Assembly: GCA_963842525.1 (NCBI GenBank)
Contig: CAWJGT010000009.1
Span: 1,248,001 to 1,312,000, forward strand
DNA from: an uncultured Holophagales bacterium
Lineage (GTDB): Bacteria > Acidobacteriota > Thermoanaerobaculia > Multivoradales > UBA5704
DNA: 64,000 nt
Direction of reading: 5' to 3'
The notes under the pieces were generated by a model that was given only the letters and a program-made list of their open reading frames with translations, did not search any database and was not told the origin of the DNA. Numbering within the stretch: the stretch's first letter is position 1; each line of letters opens with the position of its first letter. This document shows positions 17,693-29,948 of this stretch, piece after piece. Position numbers and translations under genes: made by a program.

Positions 17693-19411
17693 CTAACGCC
17701 TGCCCGCCGAGGTCCGGTTGCGGCTCGGCTTCGGCTTCTTCTTCCGGCGCCGCTTCGCCGCGAGCGCCGCGGTGGCTTCGTCACGGAGAGTCTGCGCCGG
17801 CTCGAAGTCCGGCGCTCCTTCGATCGCCTGCTCGGCGTGCGCCAGAGCGGCCTCAGTGTCTCCGAGATGAAAGAGGCAGAGCCCGACGTTGAACACGGTC
17901 GCCGGATTGGACCCGTAGAGAGCAACCGACTGGCGGAAGAAGGAGAGGGCGTCCTCGTAGCATTGGATTTCCGTGAGCAGCACGCCAAGGTGGAAGGGCA
18001 GGTCGAGCGACTCGCGGATCGGGAAATAGACCCTCCAGATCTCGTGGACCGCGTGGTAGACCTCGACACGGAGGAGGTCCGGTGCCGTGCCCACCTGCTT
18101 CATCAGCGCGGGGAAGCAGCCCAGGAGGATGTTCGAGTCCCAGCCCGACAGGCGCAGCCAAGTCAGGAGCTCTTCCAGAGGGAGCTCTTCGTACCCCCTC
18201 TCGACGCTCTTCTTGAGATCGAAAAAGTCGTCCGGCCCCAGGCGCTCGATCGCATCATCGAAGGCTAGACGGGTCTCCAACAGGCCGCCCGGGGGCGTGC
18301 CGAACAGGCCGGCGACGATGCTCAGGCTGGAGTACAGGTGCGTCGTGCTCAGGAAGTCGCCGCCCTGGTGGACGAACCACCGGCCGAAGGCGTGGTAATT
18401 GACCATCATCGAGAAGCTGCCATGGACCGCCAGGCCCGGCTCGCTACGGCCGGTCAGCAGCTCCTCGCGGCTGAAGCCCTTGTCGCCGGAGAGCAGCAGG
18501 AGCCGGTTGTCCGACAGCCGGGCGAGCTGGCGCGCGCCACGGATGGCAGCGCAGGGGAAGAGAAAGGTCGTGTCGTCCAGGCTCGCCACGTACTCCTGGA
18601 GGATTCGGTCGAGCTCCGGATCGCCATAATAGTCGGCCGGGGCGGGACACTCCTCCCAGGAGACCACGATCCGCCCGAGCATCCCGGAGTCTTCGAGATC
18701 GATCTCTCCCTCCGGCGCGGCGAGCGTCGCCAGGCATTCGAAAAACTTTCCATCGTGGACCGAGAAGACGTCCTGGGGGATGCCGTCGAAGACGTAGTTC
18801 GCCAGAACGATGAGCGGATTGCGCAGCGTTTGCGGCGAGAGGACTTCCCCCGAGCAGGTGAGGCGGATCTCGAAGTCCTCTCCGGCGTCGTAGCGCGCAA
18901 AGTCGAGCACTCCGGATTCGACGAACGACTGGAGGTCCGGATGATTGCGCAGGTGGTCGAGGTTGTTCTCCGTGAAGTCGGTCAGGACATAGCGGACCGG
19001 CACATGGCTCAGCGGCGACCGGCCGAGCAGGTCAAGGAAGCGGTTGAGGAACAGGTACCCGAAGCGGCCGGCCCCGCAGCCGAGCTCGACGATGTAGACC
19101 GGATGCCGGAGGTCGAGCGGCGCGAACGAGCCCCGCTGCGGAGACGTCGTCCCCGAGCAGTCACGCAGCCAGCCGAGGACCACCTTGGCGTAGGAGTCAG
19201 CGATCCAGCCGTTGCTGGTGATGTAGTGAGGGACCTGCCCCTCGGTCCAGGCCCGGACCCCCTGCACGTCGAAGAACTTCCGCTGGAGCTGCCAGAGGAG
19301 CGACTCGGACAGGCGCTTGCCGTGTTCGAGGACGTGACTGGCGACGACCGTCTCGGCGGGGCCGCTCTCCGGATCAGGCATGGGCTCAGCGTCTACGAAG
19401 TCTCGTCGCAA
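17693..19411 (-). CDS. SAM-dependent methyltransferase (MidA/NDUFAF7-like) with C-terminal TPR
   Basis: VYIVELGCGAGRFG, ANYVFDGIPQD; TPR-like helices at the C-terminus. The start may be ATG 19381. Confidence 0.8.
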   Translation of the reverse strand: MRRDFVDAEPMPDPESGPAETVVASHVLEHGKRLSESLLWQLQRKFFDVQGVRAWTEGQVPHYITSNGWIADSYAKVVLGWLRDCSGTTSPQRGSFAPLDLRHPVYIVELGCGAGRFGYLFLNRFLDLLGRSPLSHVPVRYVLTDFTENNLDHLRNHPDLQSFVESGVLDFARYDAGEDFEIRLTCSGEVLSPQTLRNPLIVLANYVFDGIPQDVFSVHDGKFFECLATLAAPEGEIDLEDSGMLGRIVVSWEECPAPADYYGDPELDRILQEYVASLDDTTFLFPCAAIRGARQLARLSDNRLLLLSGDKGFSREELLTGRSEPGLAVHGSFSMMVNYHAFGRWFVHQGGDFLSTTHLYSSLSIVAGLFGTPPGGLLETRLAFDDAIERLGPDDFFDLKKSVERGYEELPLEELLTWLRLSGWDSNILLGCFPALMKQVGTAPDLLRVEVYHAVHEIWRVYFPIRESLDLPFHLGVLLTEIQCYEDALSFFRQSVALYGSNPATVFNVGLCLFHLGDTEAALAHAEQAIEGAPDFEPAQTLRDEATAALAAKRRRKKKPKPSRNRTSAGRR

Positions 19412-19544
19412 TGCCTAGGATGGCTTGCAGCGTAGCACAGCTTGGGCACGCACTCGTCGCGTGAGCGGAGGAGCGGCTCCCCGGGGCCCCAGACCGGACC
19501 GCTCCTCATCAGCGCGTACATCGTCTGTCAAAGAACCACGACGG

Positions 19545-19790
19545 CGATCGCCAGAGGCATTCAGCCTCACCCGAGATCGATCTCAGGTCACCTCGGATCG
19601 ATCGAGAAAGCCCTGGATCGATCCACGGTCCTCCGACAAGCATCCAGATCCGCTGCGATACGCAAAGGTCCGCCTGGGTCGATCGGCGCTCGCCCCGCAG
19701 GGGCATCCCGGGCTCCCTGGATCGATCCAGCCTCACCCGATCAGCATCCAGCGTCACCCGATAGCCATTTGCCGGTCGAGCCTGATCAAA
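19545..19790. repeat. Degenerate ~21-bp-period array (GATCGATC/GCATCC cores)
   Basis: Cores near 19559, 19580, 19601, 19621, 19642, 19682, 19725, 19746 and 19767. Confidence 0.55.
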
Positions 19791-20502
19791 GCTGCTTGGG
19801 TTTCTTCTTCTTTTTCTTCTTCTTCGGCCCGTCCCCTGAACTAAAAATCAATCGGCAGAATTCTCCTCCGTTGCGATTGAGAAATAGATAATTGCCATCT
19901 GTGGTTGGTGTTGCGGATATCTCGCTTCCGCTGTCGAACTTGATCGTGTAGCTGGTCTGACCCTTGATGGTGATTTTATTGGGCCAATCGGCCACCGCGC
20001 TGTGAGCCAGGTCTATGTAGGGCGGATCGTTTTGGACGAACGATCCCCTGACCCACTTGGTGCCAATCTTGATCTCAGCACCGACTCCCTTGACCTCCTG
20101 TGCCATTTGGATGGTTTGCCGACCATCTGCTGAAGGTCCAGCGGCCTTCGCTTGGGCTATCCGCCCGACCACTGCCTTCACGTGCGGTGCCAGGACAGGT
20201 CCTCGGAAAGTGCCAGCCATTCCCTGGGTGCTTTTCGCTTGGACGGTCCGCGTCAGCGCGCTCTGCACATGCGGTGCAAGAGGTAACACCTCAGCAGGCG
20301 CCTTAAGTTGAGTGACTACGCTGGCGGTCCTGGGTGGGACCGGGACCGACTTTGGCGCCGTTGGAGTAGACCGGATGGTCGAAGGCGGCTCTGCCGGCAT
20401 CTTCGCTTGAGCCGCCCTCAGGACGACCGCCTGCACATGCGCTGCCGGAACCCGAGCCGGGACGGTGGAGGGCGGCGGCGGCAACGTCGGCTTCTGGGGC
20501 AT
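19786..20502 (-). CDS. Hypothetical protein with three AxHV[QK]...QAK repeats, a lower-GC C-terminal domain and a poly-Lys tail
   Basis: GAAGGAG RBS before ATG 20502; AAHVQAV..AQAK, APHVQSA..VQAK, APHVKAV..AQAK, then TIQM. Confidence 0.65.
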   Translation of the reverse strand: MPQKPTLPPPPSTVPARVPAAHVQAVVLRAAQAKMPAEPPSTIRSTPTAPKSVPVPPRTASVVTQLKAPAEVLPLAPHVQSALTRTVQAKSTQGMAGTFRGPVLAPHVKAVVGRIAQAKAAGPSADGRQTIQMAQEVKGVGAEIKIGTKWVRGSFVQNDPPYIDLAHSAVADWPNKITIKGQTSYTIKFDSGSEISATPTTDGNYLFLNRNGGEFCRLIFSSGDGPKKKKKKKKPKQL

Positions 20503-20986
20503 GGGCGCCTCCTTCAACCGTGGGCGAACTGCGGGCTTTCGGGCCTCTCGTCTCGCGGCCTTGTGGATTTCAGCGACTAGTGTAGCTCCAAATCCCCATG
20601 CCGGACAAGCTTTCCTCGGCAAAACACCCGGGCGCACCTATCCGGCGGAGCTTGCGGCGGAAACCCCGGGCGCCATTTCCGCGTACTCCTCGGCAAGGGG
20701 GAACAAGCCCATGACCATACAAAGCCATGTTCGCGCCGGCGGCAGCCCTTGGCTGGACTGAGCGTCCCGCTGCGAGGAGGTGAACGCCGATGAAGATGCA
20801 GAGCCATCTTCGTGCCGGTGCCATTCCCTGGGTCGATTGATCCGACGCGGGGCTTACGGCGACGGAGTCATCCGCCGTTTGCCGGGGTCACCGCCCAGAT
20901 CCTTCTCTGCGCTCAGGATGACACGACGGAACGGATGCCGGCCCCGGTTCATCCCGTTCCCTGGCAACGTTTCGAACACCCTGGAG

Positions 20987-23900
20987 CTACGCCGCCGGCC
21001 GCAGCTCCTCTTTCCGTTTCGGTGCCCGTTTCGGCAGCAGCCGCCGGAGCGCGTCCCTGATCCCCTCCACGCCGCGCAGGTCGTCGAAGATCGAATAAAA
21101 GACCGGCGTTGCCACCAGGGTCAGCAACAGCGAGAGGGTCTGGCCGCCGATCACGACCACGGCGATGGCGCGGCGCTCTTCGGCGCCCGGGCCGGTGCCG
21201 AGGGCGAGGGGCAGCATGCCGGCCACCAGTGCGAGGGTGGTCATCAGGATCGGCCGCAGGCGGTCGCGGTTGCCCTGGAGGATGGCCTGGCTGCGCTCCA
21301 TTCCCTGGGATCTGAGATTGTTCATGTGATCGATCTGCAGGATGGCGTTCTTCTTGACCACGCCGAAAAGGACCAGGATCCCCAAGGCTGAGTAGAGGTT
21401 CAGTGTGTTGCCGGTCGCCCAGAGGGAGACGAGGGCGAAGGGGATCGACAGCGGCAGCGAGAGAAGGATGGTCAGCGGGTGGATCAGGCTCTCGAACTGC
21501 GAGGCCAGGATCATGTACATGAAGGCGATCGAGAGCACCAGGGCCCAGACGCAGCTCACGGTAGGTCCGCGCGAGCTCCCGCCCGCGTCCGCCCACCGAG
21601 GTGGAATAGGCCGGGGGCAGGTTCATCCCGTCCACCGCCCTCTGGAGCGCAGCGAGCCGCTCGGCCAGGGCATAGCCGCGGTCCACGCCGCCGCGTACGC
21701 TCACCTGCCGCTGCCGGTCGAGCCGTTCGATCCGCGAGGCAATGGTGGACTCTTCGATCCGCACCAGGCTGTCGAGCCGGACGAGCCCGCCCCGTCCGCT
21801 CGGGACAGCGAGGCGCTGGATCGTCGCCGGGTCGTTGCGCGCTCCTTCAGCCAGCCGGATCGCGACGTCGTAGTCGTCGTTGACCCCGGCGTCGTAAAAC
21901 CGCGAGACGCGCGGGTCGCCGCCCACGAGGAGGCGGAGCGCCGTGGCGATGTCGGTCATCCGGACGTCCAGGTCCGCGGCGCGGGCACGGTCCACCTGAG
22001 CCCGCACCTCGGGCTTGTCGAGCTTGAGCGAGGTATCGATATCGACGAAACCTCCCATGTTGCGGGCGTTCTGGCGCAGCCGGTCGGCGTAGGCATAGAG
22101 CGTGTCGAGGTCGGGCCCGCGCAAGGCGAAATCCACTTCGAAGTTGCCGCCGCCGATGTCGAACCGCGTGGCGTTGCGCAGCACACAGCGCAGGTCCTTG
22201 TGCTTCGTGAGACGGCGCCGCACCTCGTCCATCACGTCGGCCTGCCTGTAGTTGCCGCGGAACGCCTCCAGGGGATCGAGCCGCAGCAGGCCGCGGGCGA
22301 GGCGCCCGAGCGAGAAGGTCCGCTCGCCGTGCGGGGTGAGCCGGACGAAGACGTTGCCCTGGTTGACCGCGCCGAGGAAAGAGGTGCCTGCGGTGGAGAG
22401 GACCATGCGCACGCCGCGGACCTGGCGCAGCTCGGCCTCGACCTCGCGCATGGCATCGTCCATGGAGGCGAGGCTCGTTCCCTCGGGCGCGTTGACGTTC
22501 ATTTCGAATTCGGATTCATCGACCTCGGCGGGCATGTACTCCACAGGGACGAGCCGGTAGAGCGGGACGGTGGCGGCCATCACGACCAGACAGGACACGG
22601 CCACGAGGCCCCGGTGGGCCACGGCCGCCGCCAGCAGCCGCTGGTAGGCGCTGTCGAGCCGGGCGTAGAAGCCGCGCCGGGAGCGCGCCTCTTCGCCGGG
22701 CGTCATGCGCAGCAGGCGCGCGCTCATCATCGGCGTCAGGGTGAAGGAGACGAGCAGGGAGATCAGCACTGCCGCCGCGGCCGTGATGCCGAACTGGAAG
22801 AGGAAGCGCCCGGCGACGCTCGACATGAAGGAGACGGGGATGAAGATCACCACCAGCGAGAAGGTCGTGGCCAGCACGGCGAAGCCGATCTCGGCCGTGG
22901 CCGCGCGCGCCGCCTCGAAGGTGGTCATCCGCTTTTCCTCGACGAAGCGGAAGACGTTTTCCAGCACCACGATGGCGTCGTCGATCACCACGCCGACCAT
23001 GAGCACCAGGGCCAGCATGGTGACGCTGTTGAGGGTGAAATCCAGGGCTTTCATGACGCCGAAGGTGGCGATGACCGAGGCCGGGATGGCCACGGCGGCG
23101 ATGACGGTCGAGCGCCAGCTCCGCATGAAGGCGAGCACCACCAGCGAGGCGAGGATGCTGCCCAGGATCAGGTGGAGGTCGATCTCGTGCAGGGCGGCAT
23201 AGATGTAGCGCGACTGGTCGCGGACGACCCGCAGCTCGATGTCCGCGGGGAGCTCGGTGCGGACCCGTTCCAGGGCCTCCTTGGCCCCCTCGATCACCTC
23301 GACCGTGTTCGCCCCCGACTGCCGCATCACTTCCAGGGTGACGGTCGGCACGCCGTCGAGCCGGACGACCGACCGCTGCTCCTTGGTGCCGTCCTCGGCG
23401 CGGCCGAGGTCGCGGATGCGGATCGGCTGGCCGCGGACCGTGCGGACCACAAGGTCGTCGAAGGCCCGCGGCTCGGTCAGCCGGCCCAGGGTGCGCACGG
23501 TCATTTCGCGCAGGGGGCCGGTGAGGTTGCCGCCGGGCACGCTGCTGTTCTGCCGCACGAGGGCGTCGCGCACCTCGGTGACGGGGATCTGGTAGGCCTC
23601 CAGACGGTCGGGCTCGAGCCAGACGTTGATCGCCCGCTCGAGGCCGCCGGCCAGGCGCACCTCGCCGACGCCCGACGCCCGCTCGACCTGTGGTTTTACG
23701 ACTTTGTCGGCGATCTCGGCGAGCTCCTCGATGGAGCGGGGGCCGGCGACCGCGACGATCAGGGCCGGCGTGACGTCGTTGTTGAACTTGGAGATCTCGG
23801 AAAGGAGAGCATTCTCGGGCAGGTCACCCGCCACGGAGGCCACCCGGTCGCGGACGTCCTCTGTCGCCGCGTCGATGTCGCGGTCGAGGCGGAAGGTGAT

Positions 23901-24179
23901 GAGCGTGAAGGAGACGCCCGCGGCGGAGATCGAGCGCAGCTCCTCGATCCCTGCGACGGTGTTGACCGCCTCCTCGATCTTCTGCGAGACCTCGGTCTCG
24001 ACCTCTTCAGGGGAGGCGCCCGGCAGGAAGATGCGGACGGTGACGGTGGGGAGGTCGACGGCGGGGAAGCGGTCGATGTCGAGCCCGGCATAGCTGGCCG
24101 CGCCGATCACCACCAGCCCAAGGATGAGCATGGCAGCGAAGACCGGCCGGCGGATGCAGATCTCGGCGAGCTTCTGCAC
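20987..24179 (-). CDS. RND efflux permease (AcrB/MdtBC family), paralogue 2; frameshift at about 21552
   Basis: [31 protein letters not shown]; the C-terminus is in ORF 20987..21559. Confidence 0.9.
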
Positions 24180-24320
24180 GGTCGTCCCCCCCTCGGCAGA
24201 GGGTGAGTGAAAAGTGAAACCTGTTTCATAAGTAAGGTGCTATAGGTCTATCAAAGCGAGCCGGGGGGACAGCGAAGCCCGGCTGCCTTCGTGCCTGCAC
24301 ATTTGTGCTATGCTGTTGTC

Positions 24321-24563
24321 ATGGCCAAGCAACTGACGATCCGTGGTGTGTCAGAGGAAGTCGGGCAGAGGCTGGAGAGCTTGAGCCGGGCCCGGGGTCA
24401 GAGCGTGAACGCGATGGTGCTCGAGATCATCGAGGCAGCCGTCGGGGTGCATGAGCGGCGACGTAGGCTGGCTCGCTACGCGACTTGGACTCCCGAAGAC
24501 CTGGCAGAATTCAACGAAGTGCTTGCGGCACAGCGGACGATCGATGATCCCCTCTGGCGCTGA
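24321..24563 (+). CDS. vapB: VapB/FitA-like RHH antitoxin
   Basis: MAKQLTIRGV...ARGQSVN; overlaps the PIN gene. Confidence 0.8.
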   Translation: MAKQLTIRGVSEEVGQRLESLSRARGQSVNAMVLEIIEAAVGVHERRRRLARYATWTPEDLAEFNEVLAAQRTIDDPLWR

Positions 24564-24981
24564 GTTCGCCGGCCGGTTGGTTCTCGATACATCTGCTTAT
24601 TCTCATTTCCGGGCGGCAGACGAGCGCGTTCTCGACCTCATTGCTGCTGCCGAGATCGTTTTTCTCCCAACCGTCGTCCTGGGTGAGCTGGAGGCCGGCT
24701 TCAACCTCGGTCGGCGAGAACGAGAGAACCGTACTCTCCTGGCCGAGTTCCTTGCCGAGCCCTTCGTCTCGATTCTGCCCGTAACACCTGCGGTCGCCCG
24801 CCGCTACGGCAGGCTGTTCGCCGATCTACGGCGAGCCGGCACTCCGATCCCGATCAACGATATCTGGATTGCAGCAACTACCCACGATTGCGGAGGGCAT
24901 CTCCTGACTTTTGACGGGGACTTTGACCACATCTCCTCGTTGGATTGTACGGTGCTGACGCCTCTTGATTCGGCTTCTTGA
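24544..24981 (+). CDS. vapC: VapC PIN-domain toxin
   Basis: LDTSAY, VLGEL, IPINDIWIAA, LTFDGDF. Confidence 0.9.
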   Translation: MIPSGAEFAGRLVLDTSAYSHFRAADERVLDLIAAAEIVFLPTVVLGELEAGFNLGRRERENRTLLAEFLAEPFVSILPVTPAVARRYGRLFADLRRAGTPIPINDIWIAATTHDCGGHLLTFDGDFDHISSLDCTVLTPLDSAS

Positions 24982-25006
24982 CACCGCATACGCTGCGTCG
25001 CGAGTC

Positions 25007-28000
25007 CTATTCGTCGCGCCGCTGAAGCTCTCGCGCTCCCCTGAAGTTGCTGAGGACCAGTGCGTCGACAATCGCGCGGTATGTGGGCTTTGACTCCAGT
25101 CCAAGAATGGGAGAGTCGCGAAGTTGAGCAAGCCAGCTCACGAGAAGGAATCCACTCGTCCGCGCGGTTCCATCTTCGTCGACCACCAAGCTACGGACCC
25201 ATTCAAGGCCAGGGGCTACTTGTTCTTGGACTGGCTGTGCCTGCAGGAAACCGACGAGCGCATCAACGCACGACATTTGACCGCAGGCCCGCTCAAGCCA
25301 TTCGTCCATGTGGCTCGATATCGCGATCAGCGGGAACCAGTTGGCGCGAGCCCTCGCCAAAACCGCATCCAGGTCGTCCGGGTACCCAAAGGCACTCGGA
25401 CTCGGTATGAGGTTCTGAAGCAGCTTCTCATCTGGGCGCAGGCGGCGGGTGGTTGGCGCAACGCGAAGGTTTGCCAAACCCAACTCCATCAACTGCGGCC
25501 ACACCTCCACCAGCGACGGTACGAAATGCGTCTCGTGGGTGGCCACGATGGTCAGAGCGTGTAGGTAATCAGCTTGGGCGTCAGGTGACGCACACAGTCG
25601 CTCCGCGAGCTCCACGACGACAGGCCGGTCCGTGGCTGCTGCCCAGCGCAACACCGCTGAGGCGAAACTGGCGTGCTGCTCATGACGCAAGTGATAGTTG
25701 TGTTCCTCGGCCCAATGACAGGCCGTGCGGGCGTAAGCATCGAGCAAGCCATCGCGCAGCCGCTCGGCGCGCGCCTTGATACAAGTTTCACCTTGAGCCG
25801 CGTCGAGCGTACAGATCGCAGCCGGAGCGATGTGCGTGAGCATCAAGTGTCGGACAGGTCTCTCCGCAAGTGCAACAAAGACGTCGCCGATGATCGGTTC
25901 CATCTGCCGGCGTAGATTTTCGAAGCGATCACCCAGAGCCACGCTTCTTGCGCCGGCTTCAATCGCCGGCCACAGCAACTCGTGCCAACAACGCCCCTCC
26001 GCCATCTGCCAGCAAGGCTGTCCAGAAATGACGCGCAAGCCTTCGGCGGCATTCTGCCGAACCTCAATGGAGGGGCTACTCGTACCCGCAGTCAGAGCCG
26101 CGGCGAGTACGGTGAGAGCCTCAGTCGCCTCGCGCGGCGGTTCTGCCGGATGCTGTTCATCGTCTGTATCCACAAATGCTAACGGGAGAGCGAGAGCGGC
26201 TTGCCGATCCGCACCATAAAAGTAAAGTTGTTCGCCGCCGAACTGATCTTTGTAGGGACCCGTGGCACAATAAATTAAGAGGCTGAAAGCCCATTCTAGG
26301 CTCAGATCAGGGACACTTAGCCCATTCGCGGCGTTTTGAAAAACAGCCGCAGCCACTCCAGCAAGAGCCTGCAGAATGTCGAGTGGTTCGTCGAGCGGTT
26401 CGCTCTCGAGGTTCCGCGCGGCGCGGAAGTCATCGGCCAACTCCGGGCTTTCCGGCGGTGTTGCAAGAGCGGCGCGATATGGGGTCACTAAGCGCGGTCG
26501 ATAGCGGTTCTGCAATCGATACATCTCTGTGACTTTCGCCGAGTGTGCCTGAGCTGGGGCCAAGGCCTGCACTACATCCTCTGGTACCTGCAACTCCAAG
26601 ATATGATGTCCTTCGTGCGCGCGTAGCGAGTAGGCATCCCAGTCAAGGTGTGCCGCCCACTGCCGCACGTGCGGCGGCGCAGTCTCACCTCCGGCTGCTT
26701 CGACCAAGCGGCGTCCGACAGCGCGCAGCCGCTCGACCGCCTTGTCGTCCCCACGCTGCGCGGCCGCAAGCACAAGCCGGGTAGCGACCTCGCGAGGAGT
26801 CCAACCCCGCCGGTCGTGGCCTGCCAGTTTCGGCGCGTCCGGACCCTGCACATGCAGGAAGCCTTCCGATGTGGCCCTGCCGAGCTCCAACTGCCAGATA
26901 TCTGGTGCGGCAAGGAACCCGTCGAGCTCGTCGACAACCTTCTCGATGTGCCGGACCAGGAAGCCATACACCAGGCCGGCCGTGGCGAGGGTGGTCGCGT
27001 CTCGCATCAGCCAGGTGGCGATGGCTCGCGGCGAGACATCCATCTGCACCTGTTCGTCCAGAAACATCTCGAGCGCAAAGAGTGCGCTCATACACGGGTA
27101 CGGGCCGAAGGAGGAGCCTCGGTACCAAGACCATACGTGAGAGTCGCCGACAAACACGCGACTTCCGGCCCCGAGCAGTTCTATCTGCAGCCCCTCGCCT
27201 TCCGCCTGCTGGGGTGCGGATTCGGTGAAACGAAAACCTACGTTGCGCAGTGCCTCGATGCGCCCGTGGGCGCCATGATCAAGCATCCGGTTGATCAGCG
27301 CTAGCCCGTGTGGGAGATCTCGGCGTAACAGCGGCAGAAACGGTCCCCGGTACCAAGCGGCCATCGGCGTGTTCGAACCCACCGCCTTCGTGACTTGGCC
27401 GCGCGAGGTAGTAAGCCTCGGCCAGGTCGGCCAACAGCGCCGGATCCTGCTTGGACATAAGCATCGCCACATCAGGGCTTTCTACGACCGGCGCCAGAAA
27501 GTCGGGCGCCAGCTGCGCGATAGTGCGCAGAGCGGCGGTGCTGGCTTCATTGTTCTCACTGCCCAGCAGCCCCAGCGATTCAAGCCTTTCCTTCTCACCA
27601 TGCTCGATCTCACGGCGCATGAGCACATCACGCACACGCGACCGTAGCGGACGGTACGACGTAACGTCCTGGCCGGCAACCTCGAGGTGCGCAACGCCTC
27701 GCAGCCAAGAGAGAACAAGCTCAAGGACAGGATCAACGCGATAGGATCTCGGCCGATCGAGCATCCCGGCTGTGTCCACCAACCACGACACCATAGGAGC
27801 ACCGATGACTGGATCGCAAGCACCGGCTTGCGAAAAGCGCAGCTTGAGAGTGCGTATGGCCTCGGTTCGCATCTCGGCGTTGTCGAGGAGCGCCGGGGTC
27901 AGCTCACTCAGCGCTCGATCTGCCCAACCCGCGGTCAGCAAGCCCTCCCACGGCAACTCGGCCCACCGCGCTCCATGCGTGGTTGACAGCTCAGAGAACT

Positions 28001-29948
28001 CTACTTGCAGTTGCGCCCACTGCGCGGCGATGCTGCCGCCACGCTCCGCAGCCTGAAGCCGTGCCTGCGCGAACAGGCGCGTTGCGCGAATCGCCCAACG
28101 AGGAGCTGGCGAGGCCACTACCACCTGCAGCCCATTATATTGCAGTAAACGGGCCGTCGCGAAGTCACGAAGGACGTCCGAGAAGAACCGATCCCCAGCT
28201 TCCCACATGGCCAAGCGGCCCTGCGACAGGAGAATGCCGTCGGAGCGCAATGACGCGAGGGCGGCGCCAGTCGTCACGTGGCTCGGCGTGCCGCTCAGAA
28301 GCTGACGAGCGACGTCGATAAGCGCGCTGTCGCGGTCATCGGGAGAGACGCTGCCAACTGTTTTTTCGTCCTGGCGGATCAGGCTTGACCATACCGTCGC
28401 GAAGATCTCAGCCTCTGATGAAAGCGTCTCCGGCAGGCCGCGACCGCCCTGTGCGGCTTTGAGTAGCAATTCGACCAAACCGATACGGCGCAACAACCAG
28501 ACTGCTCGCGGGTCGGATGCGAGCCGAGCAAATTCTGGGATGGCTTGGACGAGCGCGGCGATCTCGCCAGCGGACAGGGGAATGACGACGAACTCTAAAG
28601 TCTTGTCAACGCCTCGTATCTTCAGCAGCTCGAGGACCGCTCCGGCCGCGTCGTCGCGGACCACCAGAACAGTCGTCATCCCGACGGCCATGGCGGCACT
28701 CAGCAGTGCGCCCAACGCTCCGGATTCGCCCTCCTGGACCGCCTCGGCCCCATCAAGGACCAATACGCTCACAGGAGCGGAAGGAGCCGCGGCGAGCAGA
28801 TCGGTGGGGCCCAGGCCCAGGACGGCCTTCATGCTCACCGCTGGGCTGGGCAGATCTCGGAGGCTCATCGCTAGAGCAACGCCGCCGGAAGCTCTGATCG
28901 CGTCGATTGCCGCGAGTGTCAATGCCGACTTGCCGACATCCGGCTCGCCGCGGACTACCACCGCGCTACCGGCTGGCGCAGTCGAGATCAGCTCGACAAG
29001 CTCGTTCTGACGATGCGAGCGGTCAAGAGTGAAAGTTGTTGCACCTGCTACAGGCAGCGAGCGCTGTGTCCGGTGTTGAAGCTCGGATTCCAAAAGGCTG
29101 ATCTGTGGCCGCGCGCTAACGAAGTCCGGCGAGGCATCAAGCAAACCGAACGAGCGCAACTCTCGACGCACCATGGCCCGCGTGAGCCCACCGGCGCGGA
29201 TCGCAGCCTGGGAGGCGATCTCCACAAGGCGGAGACGTAGATCCTCGGCTCGCGAGACGTCACCTGTGAGAGCCCGCAGTCGCGCAACGACGTTCGTCCG
29301 CCCGGGCGCCACGTCACCTTCCAACTGCAAGTCGATAACGAAGAGACCGCGGAGGAGCTGCCAGCTGAGCTCAGTTGCGCTCTGCCTCGGCTCATTTTCC
29401 AAGCCCTGATGGCCCAGAGCCGCTTCCACGATCTCATCGACGTTCTTCAGCCGCGATCGCACCTTGCTGGAGTGAGCGCCGGCTGCATTGATGGCGGCTT
29501 GAAAGCTGGCTCTGCTGGGTTGCCGTCGAGCAACATCAGTAAGAGCTGCCAGCTCACTTGTAGCCCCGGACGCACGCGCAACCGCCAAGCCAAGTCGCAT
29601 TTGACCAGCGGCGATTGCCTCCCCCTCCTGAACTACAAATTGGAGGAAGTCGGCGAACAACCTAACGGTGGAGTCCTTACTCTTGCCGATTGTGGGCCGA
29701 CGCCTGCATGCTACTCGCAGCATGCGCTCGGCGCCGGGCGAGATCCCATGGATGATCACGTCGTCTCTCTGGGAGTGAGCCTCTTGCTGCATGGCCACCT
29801 GCGTGGGCGTGAAGTCATCGCCAAGGCCCTCCACCGGCTGCCCCAAGAGCAGGCTTGCCAGCGCCGAGCCTGCGTACTCCTGCTCCAGGTGCACGCCGCC
29901 GCCACCGGTCGCATATGGGCTGCTGCCTGCTTTACCAGACTGAGGCAC
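25007..29948 (-). CDS. Large (~1650 aa) STAND/NACHT-like ATPase with putative N-terminal effector domain; frameshift near 27380
   Basis: ORFs 27279..29948 and 25007..27472 overlap in different frames; Walker A GEPDVGKS, Walker B VLVLDGAE; N-terminal SPYATGGGGVHLE; codon usage differs from the flanks. Confidence 0.7.

Noticed and set aside
20867-20922. GTCATCC...CTCAGGATGAC palindromic repeat remnant
   Set aside because: Single degenerate copy in the window; too little support to call as a feature.
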